From contig CAVXRD010000002.1 of assembly GCA_963764165.1 (NCBI GenBank), positions 2,784,001 to 2,848,000 of the forward strand: a stretch of DNA of 64,000 nucleotides, given 5' to 3'. The notes under the pieces are model-generated. The model did not search any database. It was given only the letters and a program-made list of their open reading frames with translations, and was not told where the DNA came from. Positions 46,545 to 56,029 of this stretch are shown piece by piece (the first letter of the stretch is position 1; the number at the start of each line of letters is the position of its first letter). Source of the stretch: an uncultured Verrucomicrobiae bacterium. GTDB taxonomy: Bacteria; Verrucomicrobiota; Verrucomicrobiia; Limisphaerales; Palsa-1400. The position numbers and the translations under genes were made by a program.

Positions 46545-47731
46545 GGCAGGCGCAGCCTTTCCCAGAGAGGCCCAAGAACGGAGGCGTAAAGCATCGCGGC
46601 ATCGCCGACTTGATTGCTGGCGCAATATTTGAGCCGTCCGTTTTGCTTGACAGGAAACGCCGCCATATCCAGCGTGGTGGCGAGTGATTGCAGAAAATCC
46701 CAATCCTGAAAACTGGACGCGGCAATGAACGCCATTCCGCTTGAGCCGGCACTGACGCCGAGGCCGGGAATCACCATCCCGGAATCCACGTCCATTGGCC
46801 CTTCCCAACTCGCCGGCCATTCGAGGCCGTAACCGAATCCCAGTGTGATGCGGCCAAGTTCCTTTCGTGCCCGGTCGTATTGATCTCGCGCGAACGGCTC
46901 ATCCACCACTTGCAGGCAATGCGCGACCATCCAGATCGTCGAGCCTTCGGGCCCGTAAATCGGCGTCCCGTCCAGTTCATAACTGGAGAGAAGCAGGCCG
47001 CTCTTTTTATCGACAAGACGATCCTTGGCGATGGCGATCCAATTCTTGCTGAGAGCGGAATGGTCCGAGCCATCGAGATGATCGGCCACTTTAAACGCAA
47101 CCAATGCCACCGATTGATCGTAACTCCAGCATTCGTTGGGATAACTCTCCATGGCCATGAGCTTATTCGACCGCATGCGCTTTTCGATCAGCGCGAGCCG
47201 CTCGGTCATCGGTTGTTTGTAAGAGGGTTGCTCTTGCAGCATTCGCCGCGCGCCCATCATCAGCGCGATTTCGCCATCGAGAAACAAACTGTGCGCGGGT
47301 TGAATGAAATACGGGCGATCTTTGGCGTAGGGCATGAGAAAAGCGTAAATCCCTTTCTCACGCTCGATCTTTATCGTCTCCTCAATGATCTGGTCGATGA
47401 CGGGGAGATATTGCGTTTTCATTTCCGGTTCGCGCAGGCCCATGTTGGCGAGCGACCAAACCAGAAACGTGCGTCCCATGAAATCCCATTCCGCGTTGAT
47501 CGCCCGCATTTTCTGAAGCTCAAGATCGCGCAACTTTGGCTCCGTCCAGAGTTGCAAATGGCGGGCCGCGAGTTCGCGCGCCTTGGGGGAAATGCCGCTC
47601 GCCTGATAAAAATCCGACACGGGTGTGCGGTAAAAGAAGTGGATGCACGGAAGCCAAATCGCCGCGGCAATTAGGAAAGCGGCGAGGGCGAGGCCCGCCC
47701 GTTTCAGGCGGGTTTTCAGCGGCGTTTTCAT
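46541..47731 (-). CDS. Membrane-anchored linalool dehydratase/isomerase-like protein
   Basis: N-terminal TM helix; NAEWDFMGR, ESYPNECWSYDQ, EWP...DVDSG, NQVGDA. Confidence 0.65.
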   Translation of the reverse strand: MKTPLKTRLKRAGLALAAFLIAAAIWLPCIHFFYRTPVSDFYQASGISPKARELAARHLQLWTEPKLRDLELQKMRAINAEWDFMGRTFLVWSLANMGLREPEMKTQYLPVIDQIIEETIKIEREKGIYAFLMPYAKDRPYFIQPAHSLFLDGEIALMMGARRMLQEQPSYKQPMTERLALIEKRMRSNKLMAMESYPNECWSYDQSVALVAFKVADHLDGSDHSALSKNWIAIAKDRLVDKKSGLLLSSYELDGTPIYGPEGSTIWMVAHCLQVVDEPFARDQYDRARKELGRITLGFGYGLEWPASWEGPMDVDSGMVIPGLGVSAGSSGMAFIAASSFQDWDFLQSLATTLDMAAFPVKQNGRLKYCASNQVGDAAMLYASVLGPLWERLRLP

Positions 47732-47938
47732 AAATTCTTCGTCTCCTTCACGAATCCTCCCGCAGATGATTGGCGGCTTCCACGCTGGTTGTTATCATAG
47801 CAAGGCCTAATCACTTTGCAATACAAAGTATATGACGATTCAGTTTCCCTTTCGTTCAAACAATCTTGAATTTTCGAGGGAAATATTGGCGGGGCGAGGC
47901 AGCCAATGAGCCAGTCCAACGAGTGCGGCTAGCGGCAT

Positions 47939-48203
47939 GGGCGCATCTCAGTTTTTGTGAGGGCGGACTTCTGCCAAAAGCTCGGCAGGTCGACAAGTGA
48001 TCGCTCTCACCCCGCCAAGCTTGGCGGGGAGAGAGAAGGAGAGAGGGGCAAACTCATTAGAACTCGGAGAGGCCAGGCGCATTGAGGGCCGATGGACTTC
48101 AGTCGTTGCCTAACCGCCCCTCTCCCTAACCCTCTCCCCGCTGCGCGGGGCGAGGGAATCCGCGATTCGTCGGCAAGGGATGGCCAAGAAGTGAGATGCG
48201 CCC
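47939..48203. mobile_element. 265-bp MITE with 12-bp TIRs and 9-bp target-site duplication
   Basis: TIR GGGCGCATCTCA / TGAGATGCGCCC; direct repeat TAGCGGCAT at 47930-47938 and 48204-48212. Confidence 0.85.
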
Positions 48204-48307
48204 TAGCGGCATCCACGCAGGGCTGCAAGCTGTGATGCCCTCCGGCATCTGCCGCTGCATTCGACTCTTCAAGCGGTTCATTGCGGCAAAAAGCCAATCC
48301 CGCGCGG

Positions 48308-49459
48308 CTAGCGCTGAATCGAGAAGCGATACATCATGGTGTGATGGTAAGTCTCGCCCGGCTTCAGCTCGGTCGTCGGAAACTCAGGCTTGTTCGGCGA
48401 GTCCGGGAAGTGCTGCGGTTCCATGGCGATGGCGGAGCGGTGCTGATACGTCCAGCCGTATTTGCCCGTAATGGTGCCATCGAGGAAATTTCCCGAATAA
48501 AACTGCAAGCCCGGCTCGGTGGAAAAGATGTCAAGCACACGGCCGCTTTCCGGCTCGTAAACTTTTGCCATCAAATCGAGTTTTCCCATTTCCTTGTTAA
48601 TCACCCAATTGTGGTCGTAGCCGCCGCCGAATTTCAATTGCTGGTCGTCCTGGTCGATGCGCGCGCCGATGGCCGTGGGCGTGCGGAAATCAAACGGCGT
48701 GCCCTCGACGGGGCGCAATTCGCCGGTGGGAATCAAAGTTGAATCCACCGGGGTGAATTTATCCGCCGGAATGGTGACGATGTGGCCCAAAATCGTTCCT
48801 TTGCCCGCTAGGTTGAAGTAGGAATGCTGGGTCAGATTGACGACGGTGTCTTTGTCGGTCGTCGCGGTGAATTCCAGGCGCAGCGCGTTGTCGCGCATGA
48901 TTGTGTAAACCGCCGTCACCTTGAGCGTTCCGGGATAACCTTCTTCGCCGTCCGGGCTGGTGTAATCAAGAACCAGTTGCGCGCCATCCTGGCTTTGCCG
49001 CGTGGTGGCTTTCCAGTTGCGCTTGTCGAATCCCTTCAACCCGCCGTGCAGGGAGTTCGGGCCATTGTTGACAGCAAGCGTGTATTCCTTGCCGTCGAGC
49101 GTGAAGTGACCCTTGGCGATCCGGTTGCCGTAACGGCCGATCATCGCGCCGAAGTAAGGGCTATTCTTGACATAGGAATCGAGATTGTCGTAACCGAGCA
49201 CCACGTCGCCCAGCTTGCCGTCCTTGTCCGGCACTTTCAGAGAGACGATGATGCCGCCATACGTCATGATGCGCGCCTCCATGCCCGAGGAATTGCGAAG
49301 CGTGTAAAGATCCACCGGCGTTCCGTCCGGCGCGGTGCCAAAAGGCTCTTTCGGCAGCGCGACCGCCTCGGGTCCCTCGTTGCTTTTGCAGCCGGCCAGC
49401 AAGGCGGCGCTGGCGCAAAGTGCGAGCATGAACTGAACTGCTGTTCGTTTTGTCATCAT
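48308..49459 (-). CDS. galM: Aldose 1-epimerase, predicted lipoprotein
   Basis: Lipobox LLAGC; GRYGNRI, LHGG, GYPG, NLTQHSYFNL, GYDHN, QFYSGNFLDG, EPQHFPDSPN. Confidence 0.93.
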   Translation of the reverse strand: MMTKRTAVQFMLALCASAALLAGCKSNEGPEAVALPKEPFGTAPDGTPVDLYTLRNSSGMEARIMTYGGIIVSLKVPDKDGKLGDVVLGYDNLDSYVKNSPYFGAMIGRYGNRIAKGHFTLDGKEYTLAVNNGPNSLHGGLKGFDKRNWKATTRQSQDGAQLVLDYTSPDGEEGYPGTLKVTAVYTIMRDNALRLEFTATTDKDTVVNLTQHSYFNLAGKGTILGHIVTIPADKFTPVDSTLIPTGELRPVEGTPFDFRTPTAIGARIDQDDQQLKFGGGYDHNWVINKEMGKLDLMAKVYEPESGRVLDIFSTEPGLQFYSGNFLDGTITGKYGWTYQHRSAIAMEPQHFPDSPNKPEFPTTELKPGETYHHTMMYRFSIQR

Positions 49460-49561
49460 AGATTTGCCATTTTTTGAATGTTTCGTTGGTCCGTCATTGG
49501 CCATGGGGCCGGTTGCGGAAAATTCTTCTGTCAATCAATGTGTTTCGTGCGTGCGGCTTAG

Positions 49562-51235
49562 TTATGCGCGAACCCGGTTGCGCAAATCAATCAATTGCTT
49601 CATCACCGTGTAAAGGCTTCCCTGCCAGCGCGCCTTGCCAAACGCGTCGTGCAATGTCGAATAAAGCGCGAACAAATCGCGGTAAGCCGTGTGCGCGGCT
49701 GCGTTTGGCTTGTAAACGCGTGGCTTCAAACCCGTCATCGCGTCGATGGCGGAGGCGAAATCCTCGTGCGCGCCCGACACCACCGCCGCCGCAATCGCCG
49801 CGCCGAGCGCGCAGGTTTGCCCGGAGCGCGAGATTTTCATCGGACGCCCCGTCACGTCGGCGTAAATCTGCATGACGAGCGGGTTCTTCTCCGCGATGCC
49901 GCCGCAATTGACCACTTGCGAGATGCGGACGCCGTATTCCTCGAAACGATTAATGATGGTGAGCGCGCCGAACGCCGTGGCCTCAATGAGCGCGCGATAA
50001 ATTTCGGAGGGCGTCGTGTAGAGCGTCTGGCCCAGCAGCAAGCCCGTTAATTTCTGGTCGACCAGCACGGTGCGATTGCCGTTGTTCCAATCCAGCGCCA
50101 GCAAGCCGGACTCGCCCGCGCGCAGTTTTCCCGCCGCCTCGGTCAGCGCGGCGTGTGTTCCGCGGGAGCCGCCGGGTTGAATATAATTGACGAACCAGTT
50201 GAAAATATCGCCCACCGCCGACTGGCCCGCTTCCAGCCCGTAAGAATCCGGCAGCACGCTCCCGCCGACGATGCCGCACAATCCCGGCACATCCGCCAGC
50301 TTCTGCTTGAGCGGCCAGACTGCGATGTCGCATGTGCTCGTGCCGATGATTTTTACGAGCGTGCCTGGCGCGACGCCCGCGCCGATGGCGCCCATGTGCG
50401 CATCCATCCCGCCGATGGCCACCGGGATGCCTTCGCGCAACCCGGTGCGCCTGGCCCACGCCGCGGTCAATTTGCCGGCCGCCGTGCCAGCATCACGGGC
50501 CTTGGCGCAAAGGCGGTCCCGCAACGCTCCCATCTTCGGCGAAAGCTGCGCGAGAAATTCGCGGTCGGGATAGCCGCCCCAGCTTGAATTGTACATGGCC
50601 TTGTGGCCGGCGGCGCAAATGTTGGCCGCGAATTTGTCGCGAGACTGTGTGCCGGTCAGTTCAGCGGGAATGAAATCCGACAGTTCAACCCACGAGGAAG
50701 CCGCCTCAAAAACGTCCGGCGCGGTGCGCAGGCAATGGAGAATTTTGCTGAAAAACCATTCGCTCGAATAGGTGCCGCCGCATTTGGCGAGATATTGCGG
50801 GCGTATTCGCCGGGCCAGCGCCGTGATTTCGGCGCTTTCCGCCACGCTGGTATGGTCTTTCCACAACCACGCCATCGCCGCGGGATTCTTGGCGAAGCGG
50901 CGCGACAGCGCGAGGGCCTGCCCACGCTCATCGACTGGCAGCGGCGTGCTCCCGGTGGCGTCCACGCCGATCCCGATGACTTGTTCCGCCTTGAAGCCGC
51001 GGATGGATTTCGCCGCCTGCTTTAACGCAGCGCGAAGGGAAGATTGCGCGCCCTTCAGATAATCCGCCGGATGCTGGCGCGCCAGCAGGGGATCACGCGA
51101 AAGGATGACGCCGTCGCTTCCGTGCTCGTAACTCCAATCCGCCGAAGCCACCTCTTCGCCATCCTTCGTTTTGACAATCAGCGCACGGACGGAGTTGGTG
51201 CCAAAATCAAGCCCGATGGTGTATTGCGGCGGCAT
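49562..51235 (-). CDS. araB: Ribulokinase
   Basis: IGLDFGTNSVRAL, LWKDHT, YSSEWF, CAAGHKAM, EAGQSAVGD, LDWNNGNR, EATAFG. Confidence 0.92.
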   Translation of the reverse strand: MPPQYTIGLDFGTNSVRALIVKTKDGEEVASADWSYEHGSDGVILSRDPLLARQHPADYLKGAQSSLRAALKQAAKSIRGFKAEQVIGIGVDATGSTPLPVDERGQALALSRRFAKNPAAMAWLWKDHTSVAESAEITALARRIRPQYLAKCGGTYSSEWFFSKILHCLRTAPDVFEAASSWVELSDFIPAELTGTQSRDKFAANICAAGHKAMYNSSWGGYPDREFLAQLSPKMGALRDRLCAKARDAGTAAGKLTAAWARRTGLREGIPVAIGGMDAHMGAIGAGVAPGTLVKIIGTSTCDIAVWPLKQKLADVPGLCGIVGGSVLPDSYGLEAGQSAVGDIFNWFVNYIQPGGSRGTHAALTEAAGKLRAGESGLLALDWNNGNRTVLVDQKLTGLLLGQTLYTTPSEIYRALIEATAFGALTIINRFEEYGVRISQVVNCGGIAEKNPLVMQIYADVTGRPMKISRSGQTCALGAAIAAAVVSGAHEDFASAIDAMTGLKPRVYKPNAAAHTAYRDLFALYSTLHDAFGKARWQGSLYTVMKQLIDLRNRVRA

Positions 51236-51957
51236 GGTCAAAAATCAAAGCACGAAGACGAAGGGGAAAACCCGAACCCGAACTGTTGGAGGACATTCAT
51301 ACAGGCCAATGGCAGAGGTGATAGAGGAGAAGATGTTCCAAGTAAAGTAATTTTAGAGCGAAATGAGATTGCTGGGTGTGAGGCGAAATTATTCGGGCGG
51401 TCTTTTCATTAACACCCCGCTTCAGCGTTGTCATTACCCACAAGTAAAGCGAACATGTATTAGACTGTAAAATTCATAATTCATTCACAAACAACAACTT
51501 AGAACTAGTGCGTCAAATATATTGCTACACGGTGGCTGCATAATGCATGCACATTTGCTTCCGTCCGCACAGTGGGCGCAACTGTTGCTTATTTTTTCAA
51601 TTTTCACCTATGTTTGCCTTTGTTTACCTATTTTGATCGAATCTGGGGTGCGCCGAGGAAAGGGATAAACTTCGAGGTTCCAGCAGCATGGCAGGGCTGG
51701 CCGGTCTCGCGCGAAAGCATGTGGGCGCGGGAATTGCGGCGCGGTGCAGCCACGAAAAACCACTGCGCACGAGCAAAAGCATCCAAAACGCGAGAATCCC
51801 GCCGCGCCGCACCTCTTAACGAGCCCCGCTTAATGCCGTCCATTGTTGGCATGCGACATATCGTCGTCACGGCCGCAATCTGACATGCCCATCTAAAAAC
51901 AGAAAACCTACCAGAGGTTTTTTGGCACGATTCTTGGAGGAAAAATGCGGAGAAATG

Positions 51958-52225
51958 AATTTGGAACTCCCGAACGCAGGAAAAGAGGCCAGGATCGTTA
52001 TTCGGACGATGGCCGTGAGGTGGATTGCGGAAGAGAAAGGATGTTTAACAGCGAATCCGGATTAACGATGCGCATGAAATCGGCTTGAGTCTCTTTTCCT
52101 GAGTTCGGGCGTGCCAGATTAAATAATATATAATCTCAAAAAACCCGCTACATCCGCTACATCGTTGATTCCCAACGAGATAAACCGCTACATTTGCAGC
52201 AACAGACCCGCTACAACCCGCTACA
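51958..52225. repeat. 30-bp imperfect inverted repeat plus five CCGCTACA direct repeats
   Basis: 51958-51987 pairs with 52091-52120 (26/30); CCGCTACA at 52145, 52154, 52185, 52208, 52218. Confidence 0.6.
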
Positions 52226-52285
52226 TTTCCTCAAGAGGGGGGCGAACCGCCTGAAACTATGAGGCTTTGATCGGAAATGCGTTGG

Positions 52286-52598
52286 CTAGTTTAGTGTCTC
52301 TTAAATAACTGGAGATTCGTTGCGCCGCCTTTGGCCTGTGGCTAGGCAGCCCACCTGGGGCGGGCAGCGCATCTCTGTTCTGACTCGACGAAGGAGCATC
52401 CCCTCATGGGGCTGTGACTGAGGAGCAACGACGCCACAGGCCAAAGGCGGCGCAACCCGCAGGGCGGCAGGTCTTTTTGACGCAGGCCGCGTTGCTCACT
52501 CCTCACAGATCCTTTGGGATATGCTCGTCGTTCGCGCCTTGCCTGCGTCAAAAATCCCTTGCCGCGAATCTCCAGCTATTTAAGAGACACTACACTAG
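52286..52598. mobile_element. Structured MITE, copy A (CTAG-flanked, long TIRs, two internal hairpins)
   Basis: CTAGTTTAGTGTCTCTTAAATAACTGGAGATTCG ... CGAATCTCCAGCTATTTAAGAGACACTACACTAG. Confidence 0.85.
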
Positions 52599-52661
52599 GT
52601 TCACCGGGGTATAAAACCGGGATGTTCGAATGAAGGCCGGGGGCGGTCCGACCACTTCCGA

Positions 52662-52815
52662 TCCCCTCGCCCCGCCCAGCGGGGAGAGGGACAGGGAGAG
52701 GGGGGCCTAGCAAACGACTTGAACCCGGCGATTGCGATAACAAATAGACTCGAGAAAGCTTTTCTTGGGTGCCCCTATCTCCGGCTCTCTCCTCGCAGGC
52801 GGGGGGAGAGGGTGG
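52662..52815. repeat. CCCTCTCCC-type REP-like inverted pair
   Basis: CCCCTCGCCCCGCCCAGCGGGGAGAGGGACAGGGAGAGGGG and CCCCTATCTCCGGCTCTCTCCTCGCAGGCGGGGGGAGAGGG; related motifs occur inside the 47939 and 57111 elements. Confidence 0.6.
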
Positions 52816-53313
52816 GACGCCGCAGCAGATATCTCGTTCACAACCGGGGCGGAAGTTCTGGCTGCCAAATCTCGCGCCAACGAGGGTGCGCTGCTCTTTG
52901 TGGGCGCGCAGCTGATTTGCGCTCTCGGCGATTTCTGACACGGTTTCGTTGAACTTCTTGACACTCGTCGCTTCGGCTGGCTCCGAGAGCCCCTCGAGGA
53001 TTCGCTCATCCCTCGACAACGACGCGGGGCGAACGCGATCGGCGAACAGCGGCAGACAGATGTGGAGCGGTGAGCGGATAAATATGTGATTGTTTTGGTG
53101 ACCCCTCCTTGGTTGTTTAGAGCCATGGTCAAAACCTTTGTAAAACAACTGAAAAATGAGTGACACTGGGGATCAGGCGCCGACAAGGAATGGCCCGAGT
53201 TGCCGGGTAGCATTACACAGCCAATTCACTCGACTAATCCACATCCGTGCCAAAACAAAAATGTCCACGCAGTAGGAGGCATGCGTGCAACTCACGTCCA
53301 GACAATCGCTCGA

Positions 53314-55521
53314 TTACCGGCTCCGCAGCCTAAAAAAGCCACATGAATTCGATTCAGGAAAACTGAGGAATCTCTGGCTTGGCCCAATAATTGGAGAGTT
53401 GCTCACAACAGTCCAAAGCGGTGTAGAGAGGCTAAGGGATTGATCTACAGCGAGTCTGTCCGTATCCGAAGCCCATTGCAATTGCAAACGACCATTACTT
53501 GCACCGGTGACGTTAAGGGCAATTGGCGCCGCCTCAACAACAAACATGGTCGGATTAACGCCAGGATTCGAGATAGCCGTGCCATCTGCTGAAATTCCTA
53601 TAGGCCCAGCTATGGGGTTCAATCGCCCCGGAACCATTGGTATCACATCTATCGAAAGACTTGCTACGTCGCCAGGTCCGAGGGGGCCAACCGTATAAGC
53701 GACCTTCCGAGAATTTATATCGTAGGAACCGAATCCGTGGTTGCCTCCTGCCCCCGCAAAATCGAAAGACGGGTCTAATGTGAAAGTTAGATCAACACCG
53801 TATGCGATGCCGCAACCCGCATTTTTTACATTAAATGGGATGGATTGACGCAGTCCGACCTGATTTGTAAAGCCCGAGGAGGCCAGGGAAACGGTGACAT
53901 TTGTTGTTCTCGTGACGCTCACCGCCGACGACGCTCCACCGGAGTTAAGAGTGGCGCTCCCGAGGGCGGCCAAAGTGTTGGCGCTTGCAGTAAGGTCGCG
54001 CAAAACGTAATGTCTGCCCGCTTCTTGGGACGGCGCATAAACGTCAAGAAATAGTCCGATGTTCCGTGATGTCATCTCGTTTGTTATGTAATTCCAAGTC
54101 GACGTAAGTTGGAAAAGTCCCATCGGTGCAGGATACGGGTTTATATCTGCCGCCAAAAACGCAGGAGGGTCGTAATACAGGGGCAGCAAATCCGAATCCA
54201 CTCCGCCGTTCACGGCCACAATTGAATTGAATGGATTAGTTACTGTAAGATTCTTAGGGCCGAAATCCACGTATCCAAGATACATGCTATTTCCGTTCAA
54301 ACCGGGCTGCGACTGCCACCTTGCCCCGGTGTAAATTGTTGGCAATGGGATACTGCTGAGACTTTGGATATAATCGAATACGTCGGGCGGAGCAACGAGC
54401 GGCGAGCCGGTTGTAAAGTGATTTGACGCGATTAGACTTAGCTCGTCGATATACGCCGCAGAAACTACACGGTTGCTGAAGACTGCTGCCTGTTCACCTG
54501 GGGAGATCCAACTCATGCTGCTCGGGTTCGCACTCCATGAAGTAAATTGGTTGTTCCATGTCTGCAACGCAGAGTATGCCGTGAGAAATCCATTGTAGTC
54601 TGCGCTCGGCGGTGCTGCAATATTAGTTGTCGAGACCAGATTCAGGAATCCAGGCAAGTTCAAAATCGGAGTTAAAACATAGCCGGTTACTTGTGCCTGC
54701 GCTGCCGTCAGGGAAGCCGCATAAGCGTGGACGTTTGTAACAAACGCGTTGAAGTCGGCCAAGGAGCTAATGGTGCCACTTGGGCTTATTCCGTAGTACG
54801 AAGGGGGCAGTCTTGTGTCACTGGTGTAGAATTGGTAGGTTAAAGAAGCCGCTGTATCGTTATTCGCAAAAAAAGAGCTGGCTTGTGTGGAGATGTCGTA
54901 AGTGCCAGCTGAGGCTGAGATTGAGGTCTGAAGTTGCTGGACCGTCGACTGTGAGGTGTAATGAAATGAGTATACTACAGAAACGAGACCCTGAGATGTG
55001 TAGCCTTGCAAGTAATACGCTCCATAACGCGCTATGATTGCATTGTAAAGGGCTTCACCAGAATAACCCTGATTGGCCACCCATTGAAGGAAATCAGGCG
55101 ACAGCGCGGTCGGTTGGTAAAGTGTCTCGCCGAAATCTATGACCGCCGTGTATACGAAGTTGACGGCGTTGGCGTTATATGTCTGGTTATTTAAGAACGA
55201 AAAACCAAAACTACCGCTTGAAATAAGGTCGCTTAGACTCACATTCGCGTTTAGCGAAAAGCTGGAAACCAGGTCCGACGTCTGCTGGGTAAACATTGTT
55301 TGCTCACTCGATCCCCCTGTGCTCGGATTAATTTGAGGCGTTTGCGACATAATCGTGATCCGAGGGGTAATGTCCTTCTGTTGTGTTAAGTTCACGCCAA
55401 ACCCCCAATTTCCAACCAGGGTCATGTCTGGAGACCATCCGACAACTATGGCTAACGTACTGGAACACGCAAGAATCAAAAGCGTCGCAACGATGGAACA
55501 TATTTTAGTTTGTTTGTTCAT
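53314..55521 (-). CDS. Secreted MACPF-like protein with DUF11-like Ig domain and C-terminal FFRL sorting-like domain
   Basis: Signal peptide; GFGVN, LSPDF, RYGAYYLQGYTSQG, YVLTPILNL; VKNAG..IAYGV...VGPLGPGDVASLSIDV; ends LQLQW...W...GFFRLRSR. Confidence 0.72.
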   Translation of the reverse strand: MNKQTKICSIVATLLILACSSTLAIVVGWSPDMTLVGNWGFGVNLTQQKDITPRITIMSQTPQINPSTGGSSEQTMFTQQTSDLVSSFSLNANVSLSDLISSGSFGFSFLNNQTYNANAVNFVYTAVIDFGETLYQPTALSPDFLQWVANQGYSGEALYNAIIARYGAYYLQGYTSQGLVSVVYSFHYTSQSTVQQLQTSISASAGTYDISTQASSFFANNDTAASLTYQFYTSDTRLPPSYYGISPSGTISSLADFNAFVTNVHAYAASLTAAQAQVTGYVLTPILNLPGFLNLVSTTNIAAPPSADYNGFLTAYSALQTWNNQFTSWSANPSSMSWISPGEQAAVFSNRVVSAAYIDELSLIASNHFTTGSPLVAPPDVFDYIQSLSSIPLPTIYTGARWQSQPGLNGNSMYLGYVDFGPKNLTVTNPFNSIVAVNGGVDSDLLPLYYDPPAFLAADINPYPAPMGLFQLTSTWNYITNEMTSRNIGLFLDVYAPSQEAGRHYVLRDLTASANTLAALGSATLNSGGASSAVSVTRTTNVTVSLASSGFTNQVGLRQSIPFNVKNAGCGIAYGVDLTFTLDPSFDFAGAGGNHGFGSYDINSRKVAYTVGPLGPGDVASLSIDVIPMVPGRLNPIAGPIGISADGTAISNPGVNPTMFVVEAAPIALNVTGASNGRLQLQWASDTDRLAVDQSLSLSTPLWTVVSNSPIIGPSQRFLSFPESNSCGFFRLRSR

Positions 55522-55896
55522 AAATGGCCGATTGGTTGTGCGTTTTAGGTTTGGCCCAAAATTCGAAAAGTTGACAATATACTGCTGTCAAACAAGCAAG
55601 TAGAGACCGGGATACTGCTTAATTTATTTGCATCAATGGCACCGTGTGATACTCTGAATCAGCTAGTTTTTTGTTATTTGCGCTTCGTGTGTCGGCAGAC
55701 ACCTTGGCTGGGGCAGCCATAACGGAAAACAAAACGATCGTCAACCTCGGCGTGAGAAGCAGATTTTTCGGCATTATTTTCATGAGTTGATTTCGTGAGA
55801 ATGATTTTTTAGCGAGCGTGACCATCTGAAAATTGTTAAATTCAGATATTTAAGACCTTGCTCGCCTGCGGACTCGCTCTCACGAACAAAAACATA

Positions 55897-55936
55897 ATAC
55901 GTCTGTTCTACCGCGTCTCTCCGTACATCTACGTAT
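55897..55936. promoter_or_regulatory. Putative binding site for the divergent LuxR-type regulator
   Basis: ATACGTC...TCCGTACATCTACGTAT: repeated (T/A)CGTA half-sites between the divergent genes. Confidence 0.4.
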
Positions 55937-56029
55937 GCGGACGGCTTTGAATTTGCTGGCGTTCAGCGGCGGGGCTTGGTAATCAAGAACAAGCGCGGAC
56001 AAAACCGCAATACGATCCACCTGCCAATC

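Noticed and set aside
47790..47840. Possible third YtrA-like operator upstream of the LinD-like gene
   Set aside because: Only a partial GTCATA half-site; too weak to call
51922..51940. TTGGCACGATTCTTGG resembling a sigma54 -24/-12 promoter
   Set aside because: The -12 element is TTGG rather than TTGC and no gene follows
52576..53213. Minus-strand ORFs of 196 and 168 aa downstream of the MACPF-like gene, considered as immunity candidates
   Set aside because: They run through REP/MITE sequence with no recognisable domain; a decayed gene at about 52820-53100 is possible but unsupported
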